DNA from: Candidatus Omnitrophota bacterium
GTDB taxonomy: Bacteria; Omnitrophota; Gorgyraeia; Gygaellales; JAQTUX01
DNA: 64,000 bases
Direction of reading: 5' to 3'
NCBI GenBank assembly: GCA_028707125.1
Contig: JAQTUX010000002.1
Span: 208,355 to 272,354, forward strand
Shown: positions 28,967 to 37,331 of the stretch, piece after piece
Numbering within the stretch: the first letter of the stretch is position 1
How the letters are laid out: each line of letters begins with the position of its first letter
Notes under the pieces: generated by a model
Seen by the model: the letters and a program-made list of their open reading frames with translations, nothing else
Database searches by the model: none
Told to the model about the DNA's origin: nothing
Position numbers and translations under genes: made by a program

Positions 28967-28982
28967 ACATACAATTGTATGT
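28967..28982. promoter_or_regulatory. perfect 16-bp palindrome ACATACAATTGTATGT (candidate operator of the LexA-like repressor)
   Basis: Abuts the lexA-like ATG, within the divergent region shared with the putative restriction endonuclease gene. Confidence 0.45.
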
Positions 28983-29075
28983 TACTGTATGGTTTTTGTC
29001 AATAGAAATCTGCTAGGAATTAATCTGTGGACTTATAGATATTGACCTGATATAATTCAACTGGAAGGGCTTTAT

Positions 29076-30062
29076 ATGGCACTAAAACCACAGAATAAAA
29101 AACACGAAGCACAAATTCTAGCAGGCACCATTGGAAGAAAAAAAGGGCACAATTTTGAAAAGGATTTGACTTGTGCTCTCAATTTGATAGACGTCAGACA
29201 AATCTTCCCCTACCCGAATATTCCGCACCATATCGTCATGGGAAAACCTTCCTTGCTGCTTTTATATTATGTAGCTCAAAAGAAGGAATTAAAAAATATT
29301 AAAAAGATTAAAGCTTGGTGGCTTGGAGGACTCGCAACCTCAGGGGAAGGAGATAAATTAACCGATAAAGACGGTCAACCAATTGCAAAAAGCAAAAGCG
29401 ATGTCCTAATTGAAATTCAACACGGAGACAAGGTAGACATTGCGGGGATTTCTGTAAAAACTTGTGATAAGGAAACTCCGACTAACGACCAGCTTTATTT
29501 CACTACAGCTTCAGCTTTTTGTGGCTTATTAAGAGCGAACAATATACCTATCTCAAAGGATGCTGAAATTGCTTTAAAAATGTTCTGTGGTGACGCGGGA
29601 TTTAGACCAACCGATTCTTTAGCAACCATCAAAGAAAGAAAATCTGACCCGGACAGATGGTTTTGGGAAGAATTGCCAAAGAAATTACGTTTAGAACTAG
29701 AGGCAGCTTTCATTAAATACCAAAAAGAAATAAGCACGGTTTTGTTACAAAAAGCTTACCCAAATGACCCGTATCCTCCAGAATTTTTACTTCATCAAAC
29801 AAAGAAATACTCTAATATTAATAATTGCGAGGTCGCTTTATTTACAATAGACGAATTAATCGACTTGTCTTGCAAAGCCTGCCGATTTACTTTAAAACCT
29901 TATTTTGTAAGAAAAGGAAGGTTTAAAGGAGATCCGAGTAAACATTTAGCTCCTCGATTTGGTTTTATACAGATGCAGCGAGGAGGTCAAAAGCAACATC
30001 CAACGCAATTACAATTTAATCTTCAGGCCGGTTATTTCTATAAGATTGGAGAAAATGCTTAA
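29076..30062 (+). CDS. putative Type II restriction endonuclease (cognate of the adjacent C5-MTase)
   Basis: 328-aa ORF convergent with, and overlapping by 4 nt, a C5-cytosine methyltransferase. A Vsr gene sits next to the pair. Possible PD-(D/E)xK core (SDVLIEIQHGDKVDIAGISVKT). No recognisable family. Confidence 0.4.
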   Translation: MALKPQNKKHEAQILAGTIGRKKGHNFEKDLTCALNLIDVRQIFPYPNIPHHIVMGKPSLLLLYYVAQKKELKNIKKIKAWWLGGLATSGEGDKLTDKDGQPIAKSKSDVLIEIQHGDKVDIAGISVKTCDKETPTNDQLYFTTASAFCGLLRANNIPISKDAEIALKMFCGDAGFRPTDSLATIKERKSDPDRWFWEELPKKLRLELEAAFIKYQKEISTVLLQKAYPNDPYPPEFLLHQTKKYSNINNCEVALFTIDELIDLSCKACRFTLKPYFVRKGRFKGDPSKHLAPRFGFIQMQRGGQKQHPTQLQFNLQAGYFYKIGENA

Positions 30063-31435
30063 TAAAACTTCTTCAATAGATACTCTGCTATTGTCTTAGC
30101 AAGTAACGGCGGCACTGCATTACCTATCCCCTTCCTGACATCTCCATAATTACCAAGAAATATAAAATTGTCTGGAAATGTTTGACATCTAGCGGCCTCT
30201 CTAATCGTCAATGATCTTGTGCTGGAAGGATGCACGTTTCGACATCCAGAAATCATGCTGAAATTCGTACCAATAGTTGAGCAAGGCTCATTCCATTTTA
30301 TTCGCTTGTAAGTCGTATTGTAGCCGCTCGGCGGTCTCAGGGCTGGGTTTGTATTATCGTGCGCGCTCATTCCTTCAGGAACATTTTTTAACCATTTTAT
30401 TACATGATCTGGATGAGCAATTGCAAAATGCCACCGATCATTTTTAGATTCTTCGCCCGATTCAAGACATTCCAAGTCTTTAGTAGCATCTCTAAATGTT
30501 TTATACGGCTTTAATCCAATTCCGGGCAGCATATTCTGGTTCTTGCCGTGAGTAGGTACAGGGAAAGCTGGCACGATGTTGATATCTTTTCTAATCCCAA
30601 CAAATAAAACTCGTTCCCGCGATTGTGGTACCCCATAATTTTGAGCATTAATTTCTTGATATAAACATTTATACCCGGCTTTGTCAAATTTTTCAACCAT
30701 ATCATCTTTAACAAAACCTCCGCTTGGGGTCATCATAGACAATAGCGTTCTGACATTTTCTAAAACAACAAACTTTGGTTTTAAAATAGATGAAATTCTA
30801 GCAAATTCGTTATAAAGTTGATTTCGTGGATCATACACGTCTCGCTTACCAGCAAGGCTGAAGCCTTGGCATGGCGGCCCTCCGACTATCCCATCTAATG
30901 CTTTAATTTGTTCATGCCAATGTAATAACTTATCATTCGTTATATCTTTAACGTCATTCCCAAGATTTATTGCCTCTGGAAAATTAGCTTTAAACATATC
31001 TCTTGCGGATTTTTCTTTTTCCGCAAATCCCAATATGCTAAACCCGGCTTGTTTGAAGCCAAGTGCCAAACCTCCTATACCAGAGAAAAGTGCAATAACA
31101 GCTCTTTCTTTCGGGAATAGGTCACCCGCAATTTCGCCAACACCATCTTTGTGGTCGCGCGCCTCTGCTTCTTTTCTTCGTCCGTTGCGACCATTTGATG
31201 TTTGTGCAGAAAGCTTATACTGATGCTTAACATATCGTTTTTTAAAAGAGATTTTCCCTTTTTTATACTCTACGTCAAATTTGCTAAAAAAGTTTTTTAT
31301 ATTCTCTCCCTCTGCTTTTGTTGGAGTTTTTGTACCCAATTCCCACTGAGAAAGAATATATTGCTGAAGTCCCATTAAGCCTGCCATCTTAGCCTGACTC
31401 AATTTCCGCCTCAGTCGTTCAGTTCTAATCCACAT
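30059..31435 (-). CDS. DNA (cytosine-5)-methyltransferase with N-terminal HTH
   Basis: Motif I FSGIGGLALG, motif IV GGPPCQGFS, motif VI ENV. N-terminal XRE-like HTH (RRKLSQAKMAGLMGLQQYILSQWE). Confidence 0.9.
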   Translation of the reverse strand: MWIRTERLRRKLSQAKMAGLMGLQQYILSQWELGTKTPTKAEGENIKNFFSKFDVEYKKGKISFKKRYVKHQYKLSAQTSNGRNGRRKEAEARDHKDGVGEIAGDLFPKERAVIALFSGIGGLALGFKQAGFSILGFAEKEKSARDMFKANFPEAINLGNDVKDITNDKLLHWHEQIKALDGIVGGPPCQGFSLAGKRDVYDPRNQLYNEFARISSILKPKFVVLENVRTLLSMMTPSGGFVKDDMVEKFDKAGYKCLYQEINAQNYGVPQSRERVLFVGIRKDINIVPAFPVPTHGKNQNMLPGIGLKPYKTFRDATKDLECLESGEESKNDRWHFAIAHPDHVIKWLKNVPEGMSAHDNTNPALRPPSGYNTTYKRIKWNEPCSTIGTNFSMISGCRNVHPSSTRSLTIREAARCQTFPDNFIFLGNYGDVRKGIGNAVPPLLAKTIAEYLLKKFY

Positions 31436-31444
31436 ATGCTTACC

Positions 31445-31849
31445 CTATTTTATTTTTCTTAGAAATTGTGTTTGACATTTTTGTAAGATCTTTTTTATCT
31501 GACATTCCCATAAAATTACAACCTTCCATTTTCGCTTTTCTAGCTCTTCTTGTACAATTTTATCTCTTATTCTATTCTTGCTAATTTTATCATTCCAAAA
31601 GACTGCATTTCTAATTGGTTTCAGTCTTCCCTTCCTGCAATGTTTATGCCCATGCCAAAAACAACCGTGGACAAAAATGGCTACTTTATTCTTTGGTATG
31701 ATTATATCCGGCTTTCCCGGTAGTTGATTTGTTCTCAGGCTATATTTTATTCCTTGCCCCCTTAATACCATTCTTACTTCTTTTTCAATTGAAGTATTTT
31801 TCTGGCCGACTTTTTTCATTCTAAAAGAAGTAGCTTTGTCTGTTTTCAT
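31445..31849 (-). CDS. vsr: very-short-patch repair endonuclease
   Basis: VAIFVHGCFWHGH motif, 134 aa, adjacent to the C5-MTase. Confidence 0.85.
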   Translation of the reverse strand: MKTDKATSFRMKKVGQKNTSIEKEVRMVLRGQGIKYSLRTNQLPGKPDIIIPKNKVAIFVHGCFWHGHKHCRKGRLKPIRNAVFWNDKISKNRIRDKIVQEELEKRKWKVVILWECQIKKILQKCQTQFLRKIK

Positions 31850-31938
31850 ATTTATATACGATTGTTACCTACGCTCGGTTCCTATTTTCTTTTTTTATAA
31901 TTCACTATTTCACAACGAGTTAGACCTTCATATACACA

Positions 31939-32397
31939 TCACCCAACAATTGTAAAATCGGTATGTAACATTGCCGCCATCTTGCAGCCAAATGTTTTGA
32001 TGTAAACTCGAGAACATTTGGCTGCCGTGTCTGCGCCGCCGCGGGGTAAATCTTGCTGCGCAACATTTACCCCGCACGCTTGGCGGCCAGACGCCTCAGC
32101 CAGTACCTTATCCAATCTCTTGCCGCCTACTAACTTCTCTTTCTGCTCCCTCGTCAACCCCTTTATCCTCTTCTCCATCAAAAACGCCTTCTTAAAATAC
32201 TTATATTCCTTAGACCACACCAGCTCTACCGGCCTTCTATCCCTGGTATATTTAGCGCCTTTGCCATTATTGTGAAGCTCAAGCCGTTTTTCGACATTCG
32301 GAGTATAACCAGTATAGAATGTCCCATCACAGCACTCCACGATATAAACCCAGAACTTTCCTGCGCGTTTAAACTTCCTCCTCTTGCGCTGCTTCAT
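31939..32397 (-). CDS. GIY-YIG nuclease-superfamily protein (UPF0213-like) with atypical C-terminal extension
   Basis: FWVYIVECCDGTFYTGYTPNVEKRLELHN is a GIY-YIG core. The last roughly 50 codons run through two GC-rich perfect palindromes, so the true CDS may be shorter. Confidence 0.65.
   Translation of the reverse strand: MKQRKRRKFKRAGKFWVYIVECCDGTFYTGYTPNVEKRLELHNNGKGAKYTRDRRPVELVWSKEYKYFKKAFLMEKRIKGLTREQKEKLVGGKRLDKVLAEASGRQACGVNVAQQDLPRGGADTAAKCSRVYIKTFGCKMAAMLHTDFTIVG
31985..32076. repeat. two adjacent GC-rich perfect palindromes (13-bp and 11-bp stems)
   Basis: GCAGCCAAATGTT-16nt-AACATTTGGCTGC at 31985-32026 and GCGGGGTAAAT-13nt-ATTTACCCCGC at 32042-32076. This is an island of GC in AT-rich DNA. 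Confidence 0.6.
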
Positions 32398-32471
32398 GAC
32401 ATTCGCTTAAAAATATCACTTACGTTCATCGGCTCTTACAACATTAATAATGCACATTACAAAATTGTAAA

Positions 32472-33524
32472 TTAGCCTAGTCTAACTTTTGAGCAATATT
32501 CTGAAAACTTATCATATTTATACAATTTTCCTTGTGGTCCTAAAATTGGCGTTAATAATTTAATAAACTTATCTAAGACTTCCCTGCTAGGATCTACCAA
32601 ATACAATTCATCTAAATATAGTGGCTTTTTCTTAGAAAGACGAGACCGAACAACTTCATTTAATAATGAGTGAGCCATAAAATCAGTCTCTGGCAATGAA
32701 TACCCAACTATTATTAGAGCCTCACACTTTTCTAATGAACTTCTTGCTAAAGACCATATTGATGAATATGGCTCATCTGCGATATCTTTCGCAATCCCAG
32801 GTGGAAGTATTGAGATTCTCTCTGGCCTCGGATGCCCACTTCGTGATTTTTCAACATGTAACGGACGATCTTTTAACGCTATTCTTTTGTTATATTTATG
32901 AATAAGCCAATTTAAACTTCCATGCATTTTCAGTAGCATTACTTTACATTCGGGAAAATCATCTGGGGTTTGCGTAGTACCAAGCCATTTCTTTACCCAC
33001 CGACCAGATAGGCCTCCAATTCCGCTAACTCCATAACCGAATTTAGGATTCCAGATATTATGATTTTTCTTATTAAAAGATTCTTCGATAACTAAATCAT
33101 AATTGAATGTTATGATAACATCGCCTTTTTTTAAATTATCCAAAAGTTTTACATGACATTTACTCTGCACTGAATGTAAATGATTATTCTTAAGTTTACA
33201 GGTTGTTTGGATGTAAACCCTACGAATCAATTCCGTTAAATCTCCTAGTCGCATTGACCATTTGAATGGTTGCCCAATAGATTTTGATACAGCACAAATA
33301 CCTTCTCGAGCCTCAATATCTCTAAAATAATATTCTAAACTTACTTCAGATGTTTTTTTATATAAATCCCAAACTTGTTTAAGAACTCTACGTGCTAACT
33401 CCTGAGTGCCTCTGCCTTTAATAAGATGGGCTATATCAAAAAAATCTTTGTCTACGGGTGGAGGGATTCCTTCTTGATCGAAACCCGCCTTGGTTGCGCC
33501 AGCACCTAAAATAAATACGCGCAT
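32472..33524 (-). CDS. SIR2-like domain protein (SIR2_2/DUF4020-type, stand-alone)
   Basis: All four SIR2_2 motifs are present: FILGAGAT, VIITFNYDLVIEE, KMHGSLNW, IIVGYSLPETD. 350 aa with no fused effector or sensor domain recognised. Confidence 0.7.
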   Translation of the reverse strand: MRVFILGAGATKAGFDQEGIPPPVDKDFFDIAHLIKGRGTQELARRVLKQVWDLYKKTSEVSLEYYFRDIEAREGICAVSKSIGQPFKWSMRLGDLTELIRRVYIQTTCKLKNNHLHSVQSKCHVKLLDNLKKGDVIITFNYDLVIEESFNKKNHNIWNPKFGYGVSGIGGLSGRWVKKWLGTTQTPDDFPECKVMLLKMHGSLNWLIHKYNKRIALKDRPLHVEKSRSGHPRPERISILPPGIAKDIADEPYSSIWSLARSSLEKCEALIIVGYSLPETDFMAHSLLNEVVRSRLSKKKPLYLDELYLVDPSREVLDKFIKLLTPILGPQGKLYKYDKFSEYCSKVRLG

Positions 33525-33785
33525 TTCCCCTCCTTCTCATACAATTAGATCTATTCTTTCTATCAGTTTTACAACTTTCTTATTCTAAATTACTTAATTT
33601 CTTTATTATTCCCAGAATCATCTCTCGGTACTTGCACCAACGGTCAACCATAGGTGGATAGGTAGACTTTTTTATTTTTTAGTTCGTTGTCTTCCATAAT
33701 GTTACGCAAATATCCTTTACTCATTCATCGGTGTTCGAAATGAATGAGTGTGATCATTCTTCGAATCAATGTATTGCCTAAGTCG

Positions 33786-34883
33786 CTATTTTAGAATTCG
33801 ACATACTTCCGATAACAAAACGTCTAAATCATTTGAGAAATCAACCTGCGTCACAGTCGGAAGAACTTCTCTTTTTCTAACTTGAGAATGTAAACAACTA
33901 TCCGCAATTTTTCGTGAAGAATTTTCGAGATGCAGCATGGACTCTTTAAAGCTTTTTGTACCGTTGTAATTATTTGCCACTTCCGTAAAATTTTTAACGT
34001 TAAGTAGTGGCGGAACATGGTCAATAATTGCACGCGTTAATAAAATGACTGAAAAGTATGCCTCATTCTCAAACGCCATATTAAGCTCTTCACAAAATTT
34101 AATTAATTTGCTCAAATCAAACTCCTTTGAATTTATAGATTGTAATTCTTTAATCCTGTCTTCATTGACAAATTTTACTCCAAGCTTGCATTTGTTTTTA
34201 TTGCTTTGGGTTGGGTGCTTTAGACTTAAACGTTTGTAAAGTTTTATTGAAAGTTCAATGAAATCTTTGATTTGGTTGAATAAATAAATGCCTTCTTGAG
34301 CAACGCATTCATAATATATATGGCTTGGCAACAGCATTCCTTGGCTTAGAGCATTTGAATCCCGCGTCATAATACTTTTGGGCATTCGACTTTGAATAAA
34401 TGCTTGCTTTTTTCCCTTTTCAAAGACAAAATTCTTAATTTGATAAAAAACTTTCCGCTCTTCTTTTGTATCGCTGTCGAATTTATAATTTAAAAAAATG
34501 AGTTCGATTTCGTCCTTAACCTCAACTATCCTTCGAAATAACTCTTTAAGTTTGCTCTCAAATTTATCAATGGAGAAATTGCTACCACTTAATTTTTCTA
34601 TCATAGTTTTTACTTCGTCAGCGCTTTTTTCTCCCCACCCATTAGGTAAACCGTGAATATCTCCCCATTCTACGCTGAATCTTTTATTTAGCGGTGGGGA
34701 ATCGAAATCTCCAAAATACATGCGCCCATGCCAACCCGCAAAGGATCCACTCCATGAATTAGCAATTTTATTACAAGCATCTAACATGTTTTCTGCAGAA
34801 TGCAGCGTTTTATCGAGTTCCAAATTGTTTTGTCTCTTATAATCCTCAAGGAGAGAATTTAATTGACTTAAATTTATCGTCAT
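33786..34883 (-). CDS. hypothetical protein (possible HEPN-like Rx4H motif near C-terminus)
   Basis: 365-aa AT-rich ORF upstream of the SIR2 gene on the same strand. LTRAIIDH could be an Rx4H HEPN motif. No confident family. Confidence 0.3.
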   Translation of the reverse strand: MTINLSQLNSLLEDYKRQNNLELDKTLHSAENMLDACNKIANSWSGSFAGWHGRMYFGDFDSPPLNKRFSVEWGDIHGLPNGWGEKSADEVKTMIEKLSGSNFSIDKFESKLKELFRRIVEVKDEIELIFLNYKFDSDTKEERKVFYQIKNFVFEKGKKQAFIQSRMPKSIMTRDSNALSQGMLLPSHIYYECVAQEGIYLFNQIKDFIELSIKLYKRLSLKHPTQSNKNKCKLGVKFVNEDRIKELQSINSKEFDLSKLIKFCEELNMAFENEAYFSVILLTRAIIDHVPPLLNVKNFTEVANNYNGTKSFKESMLHLENSSRKIADSCLHSQVRKREVLPTVTQVDFSNDLDVLLSEVCRILK

Positions 34884-35013
34884 AATTTACCCCTCATTAA
34901 TCATTTTTCAAATTCCAACCGATTAAGGTGATGGCCATTTCTTCCATCACCTTCCTGTAGCGCTCCCATCTCCCAGCCAAAAGTTCGCAGTAAAACCCTT
35001 TTCTTGTCTTCTC

Positions 35014-35796
35014 TCATTTTTCCGCGACGACAAGCATTTCAAAATCTTCCGGAGTCAATCTATCCTTCCTTGAGAAAACCCCCAGTTTCGCTCCAAAAAT
35101 ATCTATTTTCTTATACCCAAGCGTCTTTAAAAGCCACGTTATCTCGCTGGGCACGTAATAACGTTCGTTACACTTAAGCTCCCTTTTATTGCCGGAATCA
35201 TCTTCAAAAACAACAGTGTTATGATCACGGAAGGTCATCAGATCAAAGGAGCACTCTTTACACTGGGACTGGCCTTCTTTCTGCGCCGACTTATAGAATT
35301 CACTGACCGAATGAAACAGCGGGAACAATCCGTTTAATGCGGTGAAAATGAGATTGCCTTTACTTTTAAGCGCTTTTGTCGCGCTCTTGAGGATCTCAAA
35401 ATTCATCTCATCCGTTTCCATAAGAGAAAACCCGCCTTCGCATAGCATAATTGCCAGATCAAATTCACCGTCAAACGGAAGATTTCGGGCATCTTGTGTT
35501 TGGAAGTCGGTGCTCACCCCTGCCTCTTGCGCCTTTTCCCTTGCCCTTTTGATCTGATTCTCGGAAAGATCAACACCGGTCACCTTATACCCTCTTTTCG
35601 TAAGCTCAATAGCGTGGCGGCCAGTGCCGCAGCCGATATCAATAATTCTTAAGGATTTATCATGCGCTATTTCGCGTTCGATGAAATCACATTCACCTAT
35701 CGTCCCTCGCACATAAACCTCTTTATCATATTTATTCGCGTAATTCTCAAATAATGACTCGTACCATTGTTTCATGATCTTCCTCCGTCTTTTCAA
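35014..35796 (-). CDS. class I SAM-dependent methyltransferase
   Basis: Motif I IIDIGCGTGRH plus acidic motif II (TGVDLSE). Confidence 0.8.
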   Translation of the reverse strand: MKRRRKIMKQWYESLFENYANKYDKEVYVRGTIGECDFIEREIAHDKSLRIIDIGCGTGRHAIELTKRGYKVTGVDLSENQIKRAREKAQEAGVSTDFQTQDARNLPFDGEFDLAIMLCEGGFSLMETDEMNFEILKSATKALKSKGNLIFTALNGLFPLFHSVSEFYKSAQKEGQSQCKECSFDLMTFRDHNTVVFEDDSGNKRELKCNERYYVPSEITWLLKTLGYKKIDIFGAKLGVFSRKDRLTPEDFEMLVVAEK

Positions 35797-35840
35797 TATG
35801 TTGAATCGATCAATAAATCAAGTTTATAAATACCCCGCGG

Positions 35841-37316
35841 TTATTCATCTCGCGGGCTGCTAAGGTCTGACAATATTCCTTGTAATGCCCTGAGGTCCTC
35901 GTCATTGGCGAGCACCAATAAGACGTCGCCCCCCTCTAATACCGTAGAGCCATTCGGCACGATAAACTTATCTTCGCGCGAAATGAGGACGACCAGGGCC
36001 TTGGCAGGGATATTGATCGCGGCGATGGTCTTTCCAACGATATCCGAATCATACGGCACGATCATATCTACAAGCGAGGCATCGATGGCGTCTGAATGCT
36101 CAAATTCAATAGGATATTTCTTCTTCGCGTCGGGCGGGGTGGCAACCTTGAGGATCTTTGATACAGCCGGAATGGATGTCCCTTGAATAAGGACCGACGC
36201 GAAAACGACAAAGAACACAATATGAAAGATGGTATCCGCCTGCGGAATGCCGGCCATGAAAGGGAATGTCGCCAGGATGATCGGGACCGACCCCCTGAGG
36301 CCGACCCAGGCGACCATGACTTTTTTGCGTATATTCATTTTAAACGGCGACAGGCAGAGCAATACGCTGACCGGGCGGGCGACCGCCATAAGAAGAAGCG
36401 TAAGCAATAATCCCGCCCCCATTAACGGAACAATGCGCGGGGGAAAAACCAACAGGCCCAGCGTCACGAACATGGCGATCTGCATAAGCCACGCTAAACC
36501 GTCGTGGAACCTCATGATCATTCTTTTATTCGGGAACTCCGCCTGCCCCAATACCAGGCCCGCCAGATATACCGCGAGGAATCCATTGCCTTTCAGAAAG
36601 ACAGCGATCACGTACGTTAACAGGACGAGCGAGATCATTATCACCGGATAAAGCCCTTCATGCCCCAGCTTCAGGCGGTTAATGAGGAACACGATAAACC
36701 TCGCCATTAAATATCCTACGAGCGCGCCCATGCCCATATCCAGCATGAATCTGGGGATCAACGCGGCGATGCCCATGTCTTTTACCGTCAGAAGGCTGAT
36801 AAAACTTATAGTCAAAAAAACAGCCATCGGGTCATTGCTGCCGGATTCAAACTCAAGCAGCGGCTTCAAGGGCTTTTTTAATCCTATCCGTTTCGACCTT
36901 AAGATCGTGAATACCGCGGCGGCATCGGTAGAAGAAACGATAGAACCCAGAAGCATCCCTTCCAGAAAAGAGAACTTTAAAATATAAACGGCAAAACACC
37001 CTGTTATGAGCGCGGTCATTAAGACCCCGAGCGTGGAAAGCATGATCCCCGGCCCGGCAACTGATCTTGTGTCCTTCCAATTAGTATCAAAACCTCCGGA
37101 GAAGATGATAAAAATAAGGGCGACAACGCCGATGGATTTCGCCAACTGCGCGTTGTCAAAATAGATCTTGCCTATCCCTTCTGAGCCGGCAAGCATACCG
37201 ATCCCTAAAAACAGCAATAAAACAGGTATGGCGAAGCGGTCCGAGAGCTTACTTGAGACAACGCTCACGAAGATCAATACCGCCACCCATAATAAAATAG
37301 TATCAATTGGTATCAT
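35841..37316 (-). CDS. K+/H+ antiporter (CPA1/NhaP-type) with C-terminal TrkA-C domain
   Basis: About 12 TM helices, followed by a cytoplasmic TrkA_C-like domain (GKTI..INIP..A.VV.I.R....IVP.G.T.LE.GDVLLV). Confidence 0.8.
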   Translation of the reverse strand: MIPIDTILLWVAVLIFVSVVSSKLSDRFAIPVLLLFLGIGMLAGSEGIGKIYFDNAQLAKSIGVVALIFIIFSGGFDTNWKDTRSVAGPGIMLSTLGVLMTALITGCFAVYILKFSFLEGMLLGSIVSSTDAAAVFTILRSKRIGLKKPLKPLLEFESGSNDPMAVFLTISFISLLTVKDMGIAALIPRFMLDMGMGALVGYLMARFIVFLINRLKLGHEGLYPVIMISLVLLTYVIAVFLKGNGFLAVYLAGLVLGQAEFPNKRMIMRFHDGLAWLMQIAMFVTLGLLVFPPRIVPLMGAGLLLTLLLMAVARPVSVLLCLSPFKMNIRKKVMVAWVGLRGSVPIILATFPFMAGIPQADTIFHIVFFVVFASVLIQGTSIPAVSKILKVATPPDAKKKYPIEFEHSDAIDASLVDMIVPYDSDIVGKTIAAINIPAKALVVLISREDKFIVPNGSTVLEGGDVLLVLANDEDLRALQGILSDLSSPRDE

Positions 37317-37331
37317 AATAATGCCGGCTCC

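Larger units (their letters stand above)
19289..35000. mobile_element. integrated AT-rich genomic island (serine-recombinase integrative element with replication, R-M and defence cargo); right boundary approximate
   Basis: Base composition shifts sharply to AT-rich between about 19.4 and 35 kb relative to the flanks. The left end is a large serine recombinase whose 3' end overlaps the miaB start. The island also carries a toprim plus P-loop replication module, a resolvase, an R-M system, a LexA-like repressor and SIR2. Confidence 0.55.

Noticed and set aside
33700-33790. TTCGAATC (tRNA T-loop-like) and inverted repeat CTCATTCAT...ATGAATGAG upstream of the SIR2 gene
   Set aside because: No acceptor or anticodon arms fit around it. 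It is more likely a small promoter-region hairpin. Serine integrases do not require tRNA targets.
34927-34951. Hairpin GGTGATGG-ccatttctt-CCATCACC downstream of the SAM-methyltransferase gene
   Set aside because: No U-tract on either strand, so it is not called as an intrinsic terminator. It may still be a weak structure.
19289-35800. Transposase or IS-element boundaries for the island
   Set aside because: No DDE or HUH transposase ORF is present and I spotted no terminal inverted repeats. Mobility is attributed to the serine recombinases only.
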